Shown here piece after piece: positions 27,075 through 36,963 of a stretch of DNA of 64,000 nucleotides. Numbering within the stretch: position 1 is the stretch's first letter; every line of letters begins with the position of its first letter. The translations under genes were made by a program, and so were the position numbers. The notes under the pieces are model-generated. The model made no database searches. It was not told the DNA's origin and saw only the letters and a program-made list of their open reading frames with translations. Source of the DNA: Limnohabitans sp. (GTDB lineage Bacteria > Pseudomonadota > Gammaproteobacteria > Burkholderiales > Burkholderiaceae_C); contig NZ_JAXITC010000002.1 in the NCBI RefSeq assembly GCF_034680285.1, forward strand, positions 139,633 through 203,632, read 5' to 3'.

Positions 27075-28031
27075 CTACTTGGACGTGGTGAGGGGGCAAT
27101 CCAATTGTCCATTTCGCGCCCAACGGTCCAGTAGGGGCCATAGCTTCTGCTGTACCTGGACGCCCTTGTTCGTTCGCAAGGCATGGTTGGCGCTCGGCCA
27201 ACGCCACGAGCACAGAACCATAGCTCGATCTTGGCTAGGCTGAGAGAAGGCAAGATACGCTGAGAGAGGCACGTACTCATCGGCATCTCCCCAAACCAGC
27301 AATACAGTCGCTCGACTGGCCCCAAGAGGTTCTGCCAAAGACCAGCTCCACAGGTCACGCCAATACCGCAGACTGCGGCCATGAACAACATGGTCGTCGG
27401 GCCAGGTCGATCGCACCATTGCCTGCAACTCTGTCCACACCTCTTCGCGTCCCATCTTTTGGAGCTGCAGCTGAAAGGTTTGCGCAGGATCCAGTCCGGC
27501 CGCAGACAACAGAACCAGGCCCATTAGCGCGCTCCCACTTTTGGCGGCTAAGGCGGGCAAGATTTCCGCCCCCTCTGAAATTCCCAGCAACAACACGGGC
27601 AATGGCGATGGCTGCTGCAATAAGGACTCCAATGCAACCAAAGCGTCAGCTTGCCAACGGGCCAAACTGTCGTATTGAACGAAGTCGCTTTCACACTGGT
27701 CCGGTGGTGTCGAGACCCAGGGCCGGCTAAAGGGCTTGTGAAAGATCCAAATTTCTGCAGTTTGTAGGCCTTCGAAATACCGCTGGGCCACAGGGCCCAT
27801 ACCTGCGCAACCAGAGCCAGGAATCACGACCAACCGATAAAGCGCTGAACCATGGCTGGCAGCTCGCCACAAAACCTGTACGTACCGATCAGCATGGACC
27901 GTCGGAACTCGATAAATTTTCCAAGCAGCAGGACTATCAGCGGGTTGTGCGACCAGCGGCATTAACAGCGCCATGACCACTGAACACCAACCCAACAAAG
28001 AGCGGCTCGGCTGCATGCCCAACCAATGCAT
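27075..28031 (-). CDS. Exported alpha/beta hydrolase
   Basis: Signal-like N-terminus, IPGSGC, nucleophile GISEG, candidate Asp (GDADE) and His (ANHAL). Confidence 0.7.
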   Translation of the reverse strand: MHWLGMQPSRSLLGWCSVVMALLMPLVAQPADSPAAWKIYRVPTVHADRYVQVLWRAASHGSALYRLVVIPGSGCAGMGPVAQRYFEGLQTAEIWIFHKPFSRPWVSTPPDQCESDFVQYDSLARWQADALVALESLLQQPSPLPVLLLGISEGAEILPALAAKSGSALMGLVLLSAAGLDPAQTFQLQLQKMGREEVWTELQAMVRSTWPDDHVVHGRSLRYWRDLWSWSLAEPLGASRATVLLVWGDADEYVPLSAYLAFSQPSQDRAMVLCSWRWPSANHALRTNKGVQVQQKLWPLLDRWARNGQLDCPLTTSK

Positions 28032-28052
28032 GTTCAACTAGACCTGTAACAA

Positions 28053-28937
28053 TCAACGGAGTATTAACACTTGCTCGGCAGCCGCTGGTTGAGCCTGGCC
28101 TGCAGGAACGGTAACACCTGATTGTGCTGGCCGAAGGCGTTGGGACATGGGGGCGTCCATACCCATCTGAGCAGCCAATTGTTCGTACACGCTTCGCGAG
28201 AGGCTTTGTGATGTTTCTCGCATCACCTTGGCGCGGTTGGGTGGAACAAGGTCGCCACGGGCAGACAACAACTTGGTGTCGTTGCCATTGCCTTGTGCAG
28301 AAAACGCAGCCTTAATTTCCAATGTTTTTGTATTGATCAAAGAGAAATCTGCCAACAGATCCAGTAAGAACTGGTGACTGGAACTACTGGTGCCTTGAAT
28401 CGGCGTCAATTGGTCACGAAATTCAATACTAGAAAGCTGCCCAAACAGAACGTAGTCAGCGCCCGAAAATTCGCCCTTCTTGATGCGAGCAATGATGTCA
28501 TTCACCTCAGGTTGACGCACGGGCTGGGCCATTTTGCCTGTTTGTAATTGTTGCAAGGCCTGCTCGGCTTTGGTGGGTTGGGGGTCTCCCGCGTCAAAGC
28601 CTTTCCCCTGAACCAAACGGAAAGTTGTTCCTTGGATCAATTGACCCTTAATGTCATTGGTGAACGAGCGCAGTTCTCGTTGCTCCAAATAGCTGTATTT
28701 ACCCGCCACATACGTGCCACTGCCACTGTAACTGGCCGTGACGGAATTTCGGTTGGCATTGAGTGAAGCTTTCTCACTGTAGGTGCCTGCTTCAAAATAT
28801 TGAGAAACTGCACGGGTATAAGCCAAGTCTGTCACCGCCACTTTAGGCGGATTTTGCGCCCAAACATAAGGCGTTAAGCAGGCACTGGACAGAGCAAGGA
28901 ACGCCAAAAGAAATTCGCGTTTCATGGTTTGTTTCAT
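28053..28937 (-). CDS. Exported protein of probable CsgG/HfaB/TolB_N-like fold
   Basis: Signal peptide ending VWAQ, then KVAVTDL, GADYVLFGQLSS and DFSLINTKTLEIKAA, an alpha/beta pattern like CsgG-family proteins. Fold assignment is inference. Confidence 0.55.
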   Translation of the reverse strand: MKQTMKREFLLAFLALSSACLTPYVWAQNPPKVAVTDLAYTRAVSQYFEAGTYSEKASLNANRNSVTASYSGSGTYVAGKYSYLEQRELRSFTNDIKGQLIQGTTFRLVQGKGFDAGDPQPTKAEQALQQLQTGKMAQPVRQPEVNDIIARIKKGEFSGADYVLFGQLSSIEFRDQLTPIQGTSSSSHQFLLDLLADFSLINTKTLEIKAAFSAQGNGNDTKLLSARGDLVPPNRAKVMRETSQSLSRSVYEQLAAQMGMDAPMSQRLRPAQSGVTVPAGQAQPAAAEQVLILR

Positions 28938-28950
28938 GTTTACTTCCTTT

Positions 28951-29550
28951 TCAGCGCTTGCTGGTCTTGCGAATTTCTTTTTCTTCTTGCCACTCGATCG
29001 TTCCCTCTTCAACGTCGAACATCTTCAACGTAAATTTATAGAAAACATCCTTGGTGGTGTTGTTTTGCTTGACGATGCTGGTCAGCTCACCTTCAAGGCT
29101 GTACTTGGCTGCGGTCATCTTGCCCACCTTGGCTGTTGTGTTGGACTTATACAGACCGCTTTGATTCTGGCGATTTAACTCGTCAACGCCCGATTGCATC
29201 TCGTTAATAGACCGCGTGAAACGCACCTTGCCCGATTTGACCAATGAAGTCTGTATCGAGTTCATGACGTTGGTGGTATCGATGTATTCGCTGGTTTTGT
29301 TGCGCACGGTGGAAATGGTGACCGTTGGGCGACCTTGGAAAATGCCCGTTTCCAGCAAGCTACCCACCATTTTTTCGGCCATCATTTGCAAATCTGTGGA
29401 GCCAAACTCATTGGTTACCAATTCGACGGCCTTGGCATCACCATAATTGACCTGCCGGTCAAAACGCACCACAGGTGACGTGACTGCTGTGGTGCATGCA
29501 CTGAGCGTGCAAGTCACCAACAGGGCCAAAAAGAGTTGGGAGATTTTCAT
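28951..29550 (-). CDS. lpoB: LpoB-like lipoprotein (TIGR02722/YcfM-like)
   Basis: Lipobox LSAC; FGSTDLQ, VRNKTSEYIDT, ELNRQNQSGLY, GTIEWQEEKEIRK. Confidence 0.8.
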   Translation of the reverse strand: MKISQLFLALLVTCTLSACTTAVTSPVVRFDRQVNYGDAKAVELVTNEFGSTDLQMMAEKMVGSLLETGIFQGRPTVTISTVRNKTSEYIDTTNVMNSIQTSLVKSGKVRFTRSINEMQSGVDELNRQNQSGLYKSNTTAKVGKMTAAKYSLEGELTSIVKQNNTTKDVFYKFTLKMFDVEEGTIEWQEEKEIRKTSKR

Positions 29551-29576
29551 GTCGTTTACTTTCGTCTGTTCCTGAT

Positions 29577-29978
29577 TTATTTCTTTTCGAAGCTCAACTC
29601 CAGACGGAAGTCTGTGGCGTTCGAATGGTGAGCAACGCCTTTGATCGTTTGCTGACCTTGGCCCATGAGCATGATCTGCTTCCAGGATTCGCCATCACCT
29701 ATCTGGTTTCCCACCCCGTCTAACCAGCGATAACGGTAAAACACCATTCGATCGGCAGTCGCCTTGTTGTGCAATTCAGACTGTACGGTCAGGATGTCGT
29801 TGCGGCGTACAACACGCATCTCTGGGATCACCACTTCGGGCGCATCGCCACGAGAAATCAACTTGGCGGACACTGCCGCAGGCGTTACTACTCCGGGATT
29901 TTGAGCCCATACGGGGTAGGAACTGATCGATCCAGCCACGAAGAAAGCAATTAAATTTAATGTTAGATATCGTGTCAT
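29577..29978 (-). CDS. YcfL/DUF1425 family protein
   Basis: SKL-like start of mature region, YRYRWLD-G, WKQIML, IKGVA--SNATDFRLEL; located between COG3014 and lpoB. Confidence 0.75.
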   Translation of the reverse strand: MTRYLTLNLIAFFVAGSISSYPVWAQNPGVVTPAAVSAKLISRGDAPEVVIPEMRVVRRNDILTVQSELHNKATADRMVFYRYRWLDGVGNQIGDGESWKQIMLMGQGQQTIKGVAHHSNATDFRLELSFEKK

Positions 29979-30094
29979 TTGTTATCTTTCGCTAAGCTGA
30001 CCACCATTTGATGGCCATCAGCACTGTATTTTTTATTCCTTGTTCTTGACGATGGATTACCGAAGCAGTGAGGGATGGCCTCGGTTGTTCCTTA

Positions 30095-31465
30095 TCATGG
30101 CAACTGGCCCATAAAAGCCACCGAACTGGTCAAGTTCAGGTTTTCATACAAGCGCAAAGGTACAAGCGCATATTGACCATCGATTTTGATAGGACCAAAA
30201 CTTCGACCTGCAACTGTGATCGTATGCTCTCCTGGCGGCAGGTGAGCACGCGCAAGATAGACTCGGCCAGGTAGCATCCTCCAAATGCGGTCATCGGCTT
30301 GCTCAGTAACCGCGGAGGCAACGGCTCCGATCAAGCCCCCCCATGGTCCTGCATTTTTTTCAAGCTGTTCTTGCATTAGCCCCTTCGCAACAGCACGCGT
30401 GAAACCACGCAAAACCATTCCAGGCATTTCATCTTTGAGGGCGCGACGGGCCATGACGTTCAAGTCCACTACCTTACTCAAAGGCAAGCTGTTATTACCC
30501 CACTGCAAACTATCCAAAATGGGGTCTTTAGAGGGTTGAATCGTAGGGTATGAAATGCTCACTGTCCTTACGCGGCGCCCAGTTGGTACAGGTAAGGTGA
30601 AAGCGCGAGGGATTCGGGCGGGAGCAGTACCCGCTTCCACCACAAACAAAACATCGGTCATGCGCTGTTTACGTTTCCACGTGAAACTGGTGCGATCGTC
30701 GAGGCCACGCAATCCTTCCTCAAGTGCAGGCGCATTTGGGGTCAACTCAATTGCCTTACGGTAGCCCGGCGCAGCCAAACCCGGCTCATTGAGCGCTTCG
30801 TACAAAAACCCGGCCAGATAATGGCTCAATGCGTTTTGATAGCCGTTCTTCAGTGCCAAAACCTCCGGATCATTCAGCGACTCAACGGGGTAACCGTTGA
30901 TTTCCTTACCCTGAACCTGTGCTCCCTTAGCTTTGGCTTCCTCTTCGGCCTTGCCTGTCTCCTTGCTGCGGAATTCGGCAATCACCGCTTCCCGTTCATG
31001 CGTTCGTTTGACATCAACCCGGGCTTTGTCGAGGTCCATCTGCCCAATCCGATTGAGTGCGATACGTGTGGTCAACCACACTTTTTCGTAATCCTGCCCC
31101 TCATAGACTTTCAGCCGCTCACTCACTACGGCAGCTCCCAAAGTACCCAACAGTTTTTGTGGGTTTGTCTTGGCTGCCTCTTCCCACTCGATCACTTTGG
31201 CGTCAGCGGCAAGGTATGCTTGTGTGCTTTGATCAAATTGCTTGTTCAAACGGAGCAACTCGCCTTTCTCCATGTTGTACAGGAGTTCTTTTTTGGCCTC
31301 TTCCGACTTGTTGCGCTCGTCTAGCTGACGCAGGGCCGACTGAAAATCGCCTTGTTGACTTACACCCTGAATTTTTTGAGCCGTCTCATTGTGGCTTTGC
31401 ATGCTCGCACAGCCGGTGAGCAAAACCAATATGGTTATTGCAACAAAGTAGCGTGATTTATTCAT
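30095..31465 (-). CDS. COG3014 family TPR lipoprotein
   Basis: Lipobox LLTGC; helical repeats; YEGQDYEK, YQNALSHYLAGFLYE, ADDRIWRMLP. Confidence 0.8.
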   Translation of the reverse strand: MNKSRYFVAITILVLLTGCASMQSHNETAQKIQGVSQQGDFQSALRQLDERNKSEEAKKELLYNMEKGELLRLNKQFDQSTQAYLAADAKVIEWEEAAKTNPQKLLGTLGAAVVSERLKVYEGQDYEKVWLTTRIALNRIGQMDLDKARVDVKRTHEREAVIAEFRSKETGKAEEEAKAKGAQVQGKEINGYPVESLNDPEVLALKNGYQNALSHYLAGFLYEALNEPGLAAPGYRKAIELTPNAPALEEGLRGLDDRTSFTWKRKQRMTDVLFVVEAGTAPARIPRAFTLPVPTGRRVRTVSISYPTIQPSKDPILDSLQWGNNSLPLSKVVDLNVMARRALKDEMPGMVLRGFTRAVAKGLMQEQLEKNAGPWGGLIGAVASAVTEQADDRIWRMLPGRVYLARAHLPPGEHTITVAGRSFGPIKIDGQYALVPLRLYENLNLTSSVAFMGQLP

Positions 31466-31518
31466 TCTTGACCGTTCAAATTTAAATAATTTATTTTAAT
31501 ACTTGAAAGCACCTGAAC

Positions 31519-32640
31519 ATGTCTCTTTTTGAAAAATACACAGCGGGATCTTTGATGTTGGCCTCACGCATCGTGATGGCTCCACTCACACGCAACCGCG
31601 CACCCGGCTCGCTGGCCAACGCCCGCATGGCCACCTATTACCGCCAACGCGCCAACCCGGTCACGGGGGCGGGCCTGATCGTCACCGAGGCCACGGCCAT
31701 CAGCCACCAAGGCCAGGGCTACGCCGATGTGCCCGGCATCTGGAGCGCGGAGCAAGTCGCCTCGTGGAAACAGGTCACCGATGCCGTGCACGCCGAAGGC
31801 GGCAAGATCGTGATGCAGCTGTGGCATGTGGGCCGCGTGTCGCACACAAGCTTGCAGCCCGGTGGCGCAGCGCCTGTAGCGCCATCGGCCCTGACAGCTC
31901 AAACCAAAACCGTGCTGCTGGTCGACGGCCAGCCCAAGTTTGAGCCCGTGTCCGCGCCGCGTGCGCTCGACGCGTCCGAGCTGCCGGGCATCGTGCAAGA
32001 CTACTGCCGCGCTGCGGCCAACGCGATTGCCGCTGGGTTTGACGGCGTGGAGGTGCACGCGGCCAATGGCTATTTGATCGACCAGTTTTTGCGCAGCAGC
32101 AGCAACCACCGCACTGATGCGTATGGCGGCTCCATCGAGAACCGTACCCGCTTTTTGCAAGAAGTGATGCAAGCCATCGTGGCCGAAATTGGTGGTGCAC
32201 GCACGGGCATCCGCATCTCGCCCGTCACACCCGCCAACGGGGTGAGCGACGAACAGCCTCAGCCTTTGTTTGAGCATGTGGCGCGTTTGTTGGCACCGAT
32301 GGATTTGGCTTTTGTGCATGTGATCGAAGGCTCGACGGGCGCTGCGCGTGACCACCAGCAAGGCGACACGCCGTTTGACTACGCCGCTTTGCGCCAGGCC
32401 TACACCCAAGCGGGTGGCCGCGCCGCATGGATGCTGAACAACGGCTACGACCTGAGCTTGGCCGATCAGTCTCTGGCCAGCGGTGCAGACCTGATCGCCT
32501 TCGGTCGCCCCTTCATTGCCAACCCCGATTTGGGTGCACGCCTGCGCCAAGGCGGCCCCTTCAACACACCCGACCGCGCCACTTTTTATGGTGGTGGGGA
32601 TGCGGGGTACATCGACTATCCCTTCTTGCCGCAGGCTTAA
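31519..32640 (+). CDS. Alkene reductase, Old Yellow Enzyme family (NemA-like)
   Basis: RIVMAPLTRNRA, QLWHVGR, GFDGVEVHAANGYLIDQF, FGRPFIANPDL, GYIDYP. Confidence 0.93.
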   Translation: MSLFEKYTAGSLMLASRIVMAPLTRNRAPGSLANARMATYYRQRANPVTGAGLIVTEATAISHQGQGYADVPGIWSAEQVASWKQVTDAVHAEGGKIVMQLWHVGRVSHTSLQPGGAAPVAPSALTAQTKTVLLVDGQPKFEPVSAPRALDASELPGIVQDYCRAAANAIAAGFDGVEVHAANGYLIDQFLRSSSNHRTDAYGGSIENRTRFLQEVMQAIVAEIGGARTGIRISPVTPANGVSDEQPQPLFEHVARLLAPMDLAFVHVIEGSTGAARDHQQGDTPFDYAALRQAYTQAGGRAAWMLNNGYDLSLADQSLASGADLIAFGRPFIANPDLGARLRQGGPFNTPDRATFYGGGDAGYIDYPFLPQA

Positions 32641-32656
32641 GGATGCGGCACAGTCC

Positions 32657-33238
32657 TCAGCCCAAACCAATGGGCGCGGGGGCGCGTGTGACGATCAGGC
32701 TGAAGAGCCTTTCATAGGCCTCAGCGGGCCGGTAATGGCCTGTGAGAGGGTCAGCGTTTTCGGCAAACGCCTCGTTCAGCAGCCGCCAGTCTTCGTCCGA
32801 AAAGCAGCGCTCGGCCTCGGGCAGGATGACGTTTTCTTCCAAGTTCATGTGCTCCAAATAAGCATCGATGTACTGGCCAATGGCTTCTTCAAATTCCGTG
32901 CGCCTGCTCGGGCCCAACAAATCCCAAGCCAACAGCAGGTGCTGTAAATCGCGGGCGGCTTTTTCGCTGCGCATGTGGTCACGTTCGAGCTTGTCCACCG
33001 CGCCCATGACTTTGGGGGCGAGCTTGACCACTTTAGGAAAGAGCAGGTTTGACTCTTTGGGGTGGTGCAGGCGCTCCGGGAATTCGTCGATGTAAAACAG
33101 CATGCCGCGCAGCACATCAAAAAACTGGCGTCGGTTGTCGCCCGGCCCTTTTTGCACCATGAGCCGCATGGATTGCAGCATGGCGGCCAAACTCGCGTGT
33201 TCGTCGCGGATGGTCTGAAGGGCGCTGTGGCGGGTCAT
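32657..33238 (-). CDS. Hemerythrin (HHE) domain protein
   Basis: IRDEH, LHHPKE--LLFP, LERDH, YLEHMNLEE. Confidence 0.88.
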   Translation of the reverse strand: MTRHSALQTIRDEHASLAAMLQSMRLMVQKGPGDNRRQFFDVLRGMLFYIDEFPERLHHPKESNLLFPKVVKLAPKVMGAVDKLERDHMRSEKAARDLQHLLLAWDLLGPSRRTEFEEAIGQYIDAYLEHMNLEENVILPEAERCFSDEDWRLLNEAFAENADPLTGHYRPAEAYERLFSLIVTRAPAPIGLG

Positions 33239-33294
33239 GAAATTTCTCCGTGAAGTGAATGCCTTCACTCTGCGCTTTTGTCCCACTCCTCGCC

Positions 33295-33308
33295 ATGATG
33301 CACGTCAA
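33295..33308 (-). promoter_or_regulatory. FNR-like box upstream of hemerythrin gene
   Basis: Minus strand reads TTGAC-GTGC-ATCAT (consensus TTGAT-N4-ATCAA, 2 mismatches), about 57 nt upstream of ATG 33238. Confidence 0.5.
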
Positions 33309-33319
33309 GAAAATGTGCT

Positions 33320-35527
33320 TCAGGGCTTCCAACGCTTCAGCAGCAATGCGTTGGCCATGACACACACCGAGCTGAGCGCCATGGCTGCGCCCGCCATCAT
33401 GGGGTTGAGGTAACCCAAGGCAGCCATAGGGATGCCCGCCACGTTGTAGGCAAAGGCCCAGAACAGGTTCTGCCGAATCTTGGCCACAGTGCGGGCCGAG
33501 ATATCGAGCGCCGCGCCCACCAAAGCTACATCGCCGCGCATGAGGGTGATGCCCGCCGCGTGCATGGCCACATCGGTGCCATTGCCCATGGCCATGCCCA
33601 CATCGGCGGCGGCCAAGGCGGGCGCGTCGTTCACCCCGTCGCCCACCATGGCGACCACCTTGCCACCCGCACGCAGTTTTTGCACCTGCGCCGACTTGTC
33701 ACCGGGCAGCACATTGGCCAGCACTTCTTCCGCTTCGGGGCGCAAGCCCAAGCGGCGGGCCATGGCTTCGGCAGCGGCTTGGTTGTCGCCCGAAATCATC
33801 ACCAGCTTCAAGCCGCGATCGCGCAACACCGTTAATGCTTGCGCTGCGCCCACTTTGGGTTCATCCCCAAAACCCATGAGCAGCAGGGCATGCAACCCCG
33901 CATCGGTGCGCTCTGCCAAAGCCGACAGGCTTGCGCCTTGCGCCTGCAAAGCGTTGATGTCTGGCTGCCACATGCCGATGTTCAGACCTTCTTCTTGCAG
34001 CCAGCGCAAACTGCCCAGCAACAGCTGTCTACCGTCCACCTTGGCCAACACGCCCTTGCCGGGCACGGCTTGCAGCTCTTGCGCGGTGGGGCCTGACAGG
34101 CCCAGCTTTTCTGCGGCACTCACCACCGCACGCGCCAAGGGGTGTTCGCTGCCACTTTGCACCCGTGCGGCCAAGGCCAACGCCGTTGTTGCATCGTTGC
34201 CGGGCGCAGGCACATGGGCCAGCAAGCGTGGTTGGCCCACGGTGAGCGTGCCGGTTTTGTCAAAGGCCACGGTTTGCACGCGGTGCGCCAACTCCAGCGC
34301 CTGCACGTCTTTGATCAAGATGCCGTGTTTGGCCGCCACACCCGTGCCCGCCATGATGGCCACGGGCGTGGCCAGGCCCAGGGCGCAAGGGCAGGCAATG
34401 ACCAGCACGGCCACCGCGTGGATGAGTGCTGTTTCAAAATCTGAGCCCACGGCCATCCACGCACCCAAAGTGATCAGGGCGATCACCAGCACCAAGGGCA
34501 CAAACACTTCGGCCACTTTGTCCACCAGCCGCTGAATGGGCGCCTTGGCCGCTTGCGCGTCTTCCACCAGGCGGATGATGTGCGAGAGCACGGTTTCGTG
34601 GCCCACGGCTGTCACGCGCATGAGCACGCGCCCTTCGCCATTGATGGAGCCGCCCGTCAAGGCCGCACCCGCAGCCTTGGCCACGGGCAAGGGCTCGCCG
34701 GTCAGCATGGATTCGTCCACCTGGGTTTGGCCTTCGACCAGTTCACCGTCCAGCGGAAAACGCTCCCCAGGCCGCACCACGATAAGGTCGCCCACCAAGA
34801 TTTCGTCCACAGGCACATCGACCTCGCCGTCTTCGCCCAACCAATGGGCTTTGTCCGGGCGCAAGGCGTGCAAGGCACGGATTGCCTCGGTGGTCTGGCG
34901 TTTGGCACGCGCCTCCAGCCATTTGCCCAGCATCACCAAAGTGATCACCACGGCCGAGCCTTCAAAGTACAGATGCGGCGCGTACCCCTCATGCGCGTTA
35001 AGCCACAACCACACCGACAAGGCCCAACCTGCGGTGGTGCCCAAGGACACCAGCAAATCCATGTTGCCCGTGAGCGCGTTCAGCGCATGCCAACCGGCTT
35101 TGTAAAAACGTGCGCCCAACACAAACTGCACAGGCGTGGCCAGTGCAAATTGAACCCAAGCGGGCAGCATCCAATGCTGGCCCCACAGCTCGGCCAACAT
35201 GGGCAAGACCAAGGGCGTGGTCAGAAGCAGACCTACACCCACCGGCATGAAGCCTGCCCAGGGTGATTCGCGGCCTGCATCAGCCTGTGCTTCGGGTGTG
35301 CGAGGCTCGTACCCGGCGTCGCGCACCGCGCGGCGCAGCCGTGCGTCGGTCACGTCAGTGGACGCCACTTCGATGCGGGCCGATTCTGTTGCCAGGTTGA
35401 CCGTGGCGCTGAGCACACCGGGCATTTTTTTCAGGGCTTTTTCGACCCGCGCCACACACGAGGCGCAGGTCATGCCGCCGATGCCGATATCGTAGGTGAG
35501 TGGAGGTTCGTTCTTGATCTGTGTCAT
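33320..35527 (-). CDS. copA: Cu(I)-type P1B heavy-metal ATPase
   Basis: GMTCASC HMA domain, [21 protein letters not shown] and MALSS metal ligands. Confidence 0.93.
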   Translation of the reverse strand: MTQIKNEPPLTYDIGIGGMTCASCVARVEKALKKMPGVLSATVNLATESARIEVASTDVTDARLRRAVRDAGYEPRTPEAQADAGRESPWAGFMPVGVGLLLTTPLVLPMLAELWGQHWMLPAWVQFALATPVQFVLGARFYKAGWHALNALTGNMDLLVSLGTTAGWALSVWLWLNAHEGYAPHLYFEGSAVVITLVMLGKWLEARAKRQTTEAIRALHALRPDKAHWLGEDGEVDVPVDEILVGDLIVVRPGERFPLDGELVEGQTQVDESMLTGEPLPVAKAAGAALTGGSINGEGRVLMRVTAVGHETVLSHIIRLVEDAQAAKAPIQRLVDKVAEVFVPLVLVIALITLGAWMAVGSDFETALIHAVAVLVIACPCALGLATPVAIMAGTGVAAKHGILIKDVQALELAHRVQTVAFDKTGTLTVGQPRLLAHVPAPGNDATTALALAARVQSGSEHPLARAVVSAAEKLGLSGPTAQELQAVPGKGVLAKVDGRQLLLGSLRWLQEEGLNIGMWQPDINALQAQGASLSALAERTDAGLHALLLMGFGDEPKVGAAQALTVLRDRGLKLVMISGDNQAAAEAMARRLGLRPEAEEVLANVLPGDKSAQVQKLRAGGKVVAMVGDGVNDAPALAAADVGMAMGNGTDVAMHAAGITLMRGDVALVGAALDISARTVAKIRQNLFWAFAYNVAGIPMAALGYLNPMMAGAAMALSSVCVMANALLLKRWKP

Positions 35528-35603
35528 GGCATGAAGTCCTGGATGGTCTATGCTCAGACCAGACCCCAACGGGTCGTGTTCAGTTCATTAAAGAGGATGC
35601 ATC

Positions 35604-35801
35604 ATGAACCAAATTTTCACCGTTGAAGGCATGACGTGTGGCCACTGCGAAAAAGCAGTCACCAAAGCTTTATTGTCTTTGGACGCACAAGCCAAGGTTG
35701 TGATCGACCGCACACACAACACCGTGCAAGTGGATTCAGAAAAAAGCCGCGACGTTTTGGCCCAAGCCATTGCCGATGAAGGTTACCGCGTCACCGTTTG
35801 A
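35604..35801 (+). CDS. copZ: Copper chaperone (HMA domain)
   Basis: VEGMTCGHC; divergent from copA. Confidence 0.9.
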   Translation: MNQIFTVEGMTCGHCEKAVTKALLSLDAQAKVVIDRTHNTVQVDSEKSRDVLAQAIADEGYRVTV

Positions 35802-35827
35802 ATTTTTTACCCCCTTAGGAGTTTCAT

Positions 35828-36022
35828 ATGACTAAAAACATTGGCAACATCGAACGCATCATCCGCATTGTGGGTGGTCTTGTATTGATCGCTCTGGCCG
35901 CGACAAGCACTGTGGGCGTTTGGGGCTGGGTGGGCCTGGTGCCATTGGCCACGGGCTTGACGGGTTGGTGCCCGCCTTACAGCTTGCTGGGCATCAACAC
36001 TTGCAAGAATAAAAACATTTGA
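35828..36022 (+). CDS. DUF2892 family membrane protein
   Basis: NIGNIERIIR, GWCPPYSLLGINTC. Confidence 0.88.
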   Translation: MTKNIGNIERIIRIVGGLVLIALAATSTVGVWGWVGLVPLATGLTGWCPPYSLLGINTCKNKNI

Positions 36023-36060
36023 TTTTTAGATCCGGTGTGCTGCTCTGTGATTTTTGAGTT

Positions 36061-36074
36061 TTGACACATGTCAA
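36061..36074 (+). promoter_or_regulatory. FNR-family palindrome TTGAC-ACAT-GTCAA
   Basis: Symmetric arms, about 35 nt upstream of the DUF2189 start. Confidence 0.6.
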
Positions 36075-36108
36075 TCTTTTGCAAGATCACCTTGGGTAAG
36101 CTGTGGTC

Positions 36109-36963
36109 ATGCAAGATCCATCACCCACACCTCCAGTTCACCCACGTCTTGAGCTCTTTTTACCGCCCATATTGCCCCTGCTGAAAGACCAGCCCATGCA
36201 ATGGCTGGCTTTGGGTTTCAAGGATCTGGCACGGTCTCCCCTGCTGAGCATGATGCATGGCTTGGTTTTGGCTTTGCTGGGGGGGCTCATCACTTGGGTG
36301 GCACACGACCGCTTCTGGTTATTGGCAGGCTCCATGTCTGGCTTCATGGTGGTTGCTCCAGTTTTAGCCACCAGTTTGTATGCGATGAGCCGAGCCATGG
36401 AACGGGGTGAAAAAGTTGATTTTCGGCTCTTGATCAACACTTGGACCCAGTGGCAAATGCGCTTGCGGCATGAACCCGACAGTTACTGGAGTCTGATCCG
36501 GTTTGGTTTGTTGTTGGGTCTTGCTGCCACAGGCTGGGTCATCACCTCGGCTGCATTGATCACTTTATTGGCACCTGTACCGATCCACACACCGATCGAT
36601 TTCATCCGCCATGTGGTGTTGGCTAAACAAGGGTATTTGTTTGAAATATGGGTGGGTCTAGGCGCCATGATGGCCTTGCCCATGTTCGCTTCGAGTGTCA
36701 TTTCGATGCCCTTGTTGCTGGACCGCCAAGTCACTGTCATGCAAGCGGTACTGACCAGTTGGAAAGCCGTGCTGACCCATCCTTTTCAGATGACTTTTTG
36801 GGCTTTCCTCATCGTGGGCTTCAGCTTGCTGGGCATTTGTTCATTGTTCTTGGGTTTGATTTTGGTGGTCCCTATGCTTGGCCATGGCAGTTGGCATGCC
36901 TACCGCCACATGGTGGATGTGTCCGATTTGAGTGAACGCCTCACCGAGCAAGGTGAGCGCTGA
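36109..36963 (+). CDS. DUF2189 family integral membrane protein
   Basis: WLALGFKDL, VAPVLATSLYAMSR, ISMPLLLDR, PMLGHGSWHAYR. Confidence 0.85.
   Translation: MQDPSPTPPVHPRLELFLPPILPLLKDQPMQWLALGFKDLARSPLLSMMHGLVLALLGGLITWVAHDRFWLLAGSMSGFMVVAPVLATSLYAMSRAMERGEKVDFRLLINTWTQWQMRLRHEPDSYWSLIRFGLLLGLAATGWVITSAALITLLAPVPIHTPIDFIRHVVLAKQGYLFEIWVGLGAMMALPMFASSVISMPLLLDRQVTVMQAVLTSWKAVLTHPFQMTFWAFLIVGFSLLGICSLFLGLILVVPMLGHGSWHAYRHMVDVSDLSERLTEQGER

Noticed and set aside
30673-30688. parS-like sequence (minus strand AGTTTCACGTGGAAAC) inside the COG3014 gene
   Set aside because: Three mismatches to the 16-bp consensus, concentrated at the ends, and isolated from the other sites. Probably chance, though ParB ChIP would settle it.
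27067-31518. Prophage, ICE or IS origin for the AT-richer block
   Set aside because: No integrase, transposase, tRNA target or flanking direct/inverted repeats were found by eye.
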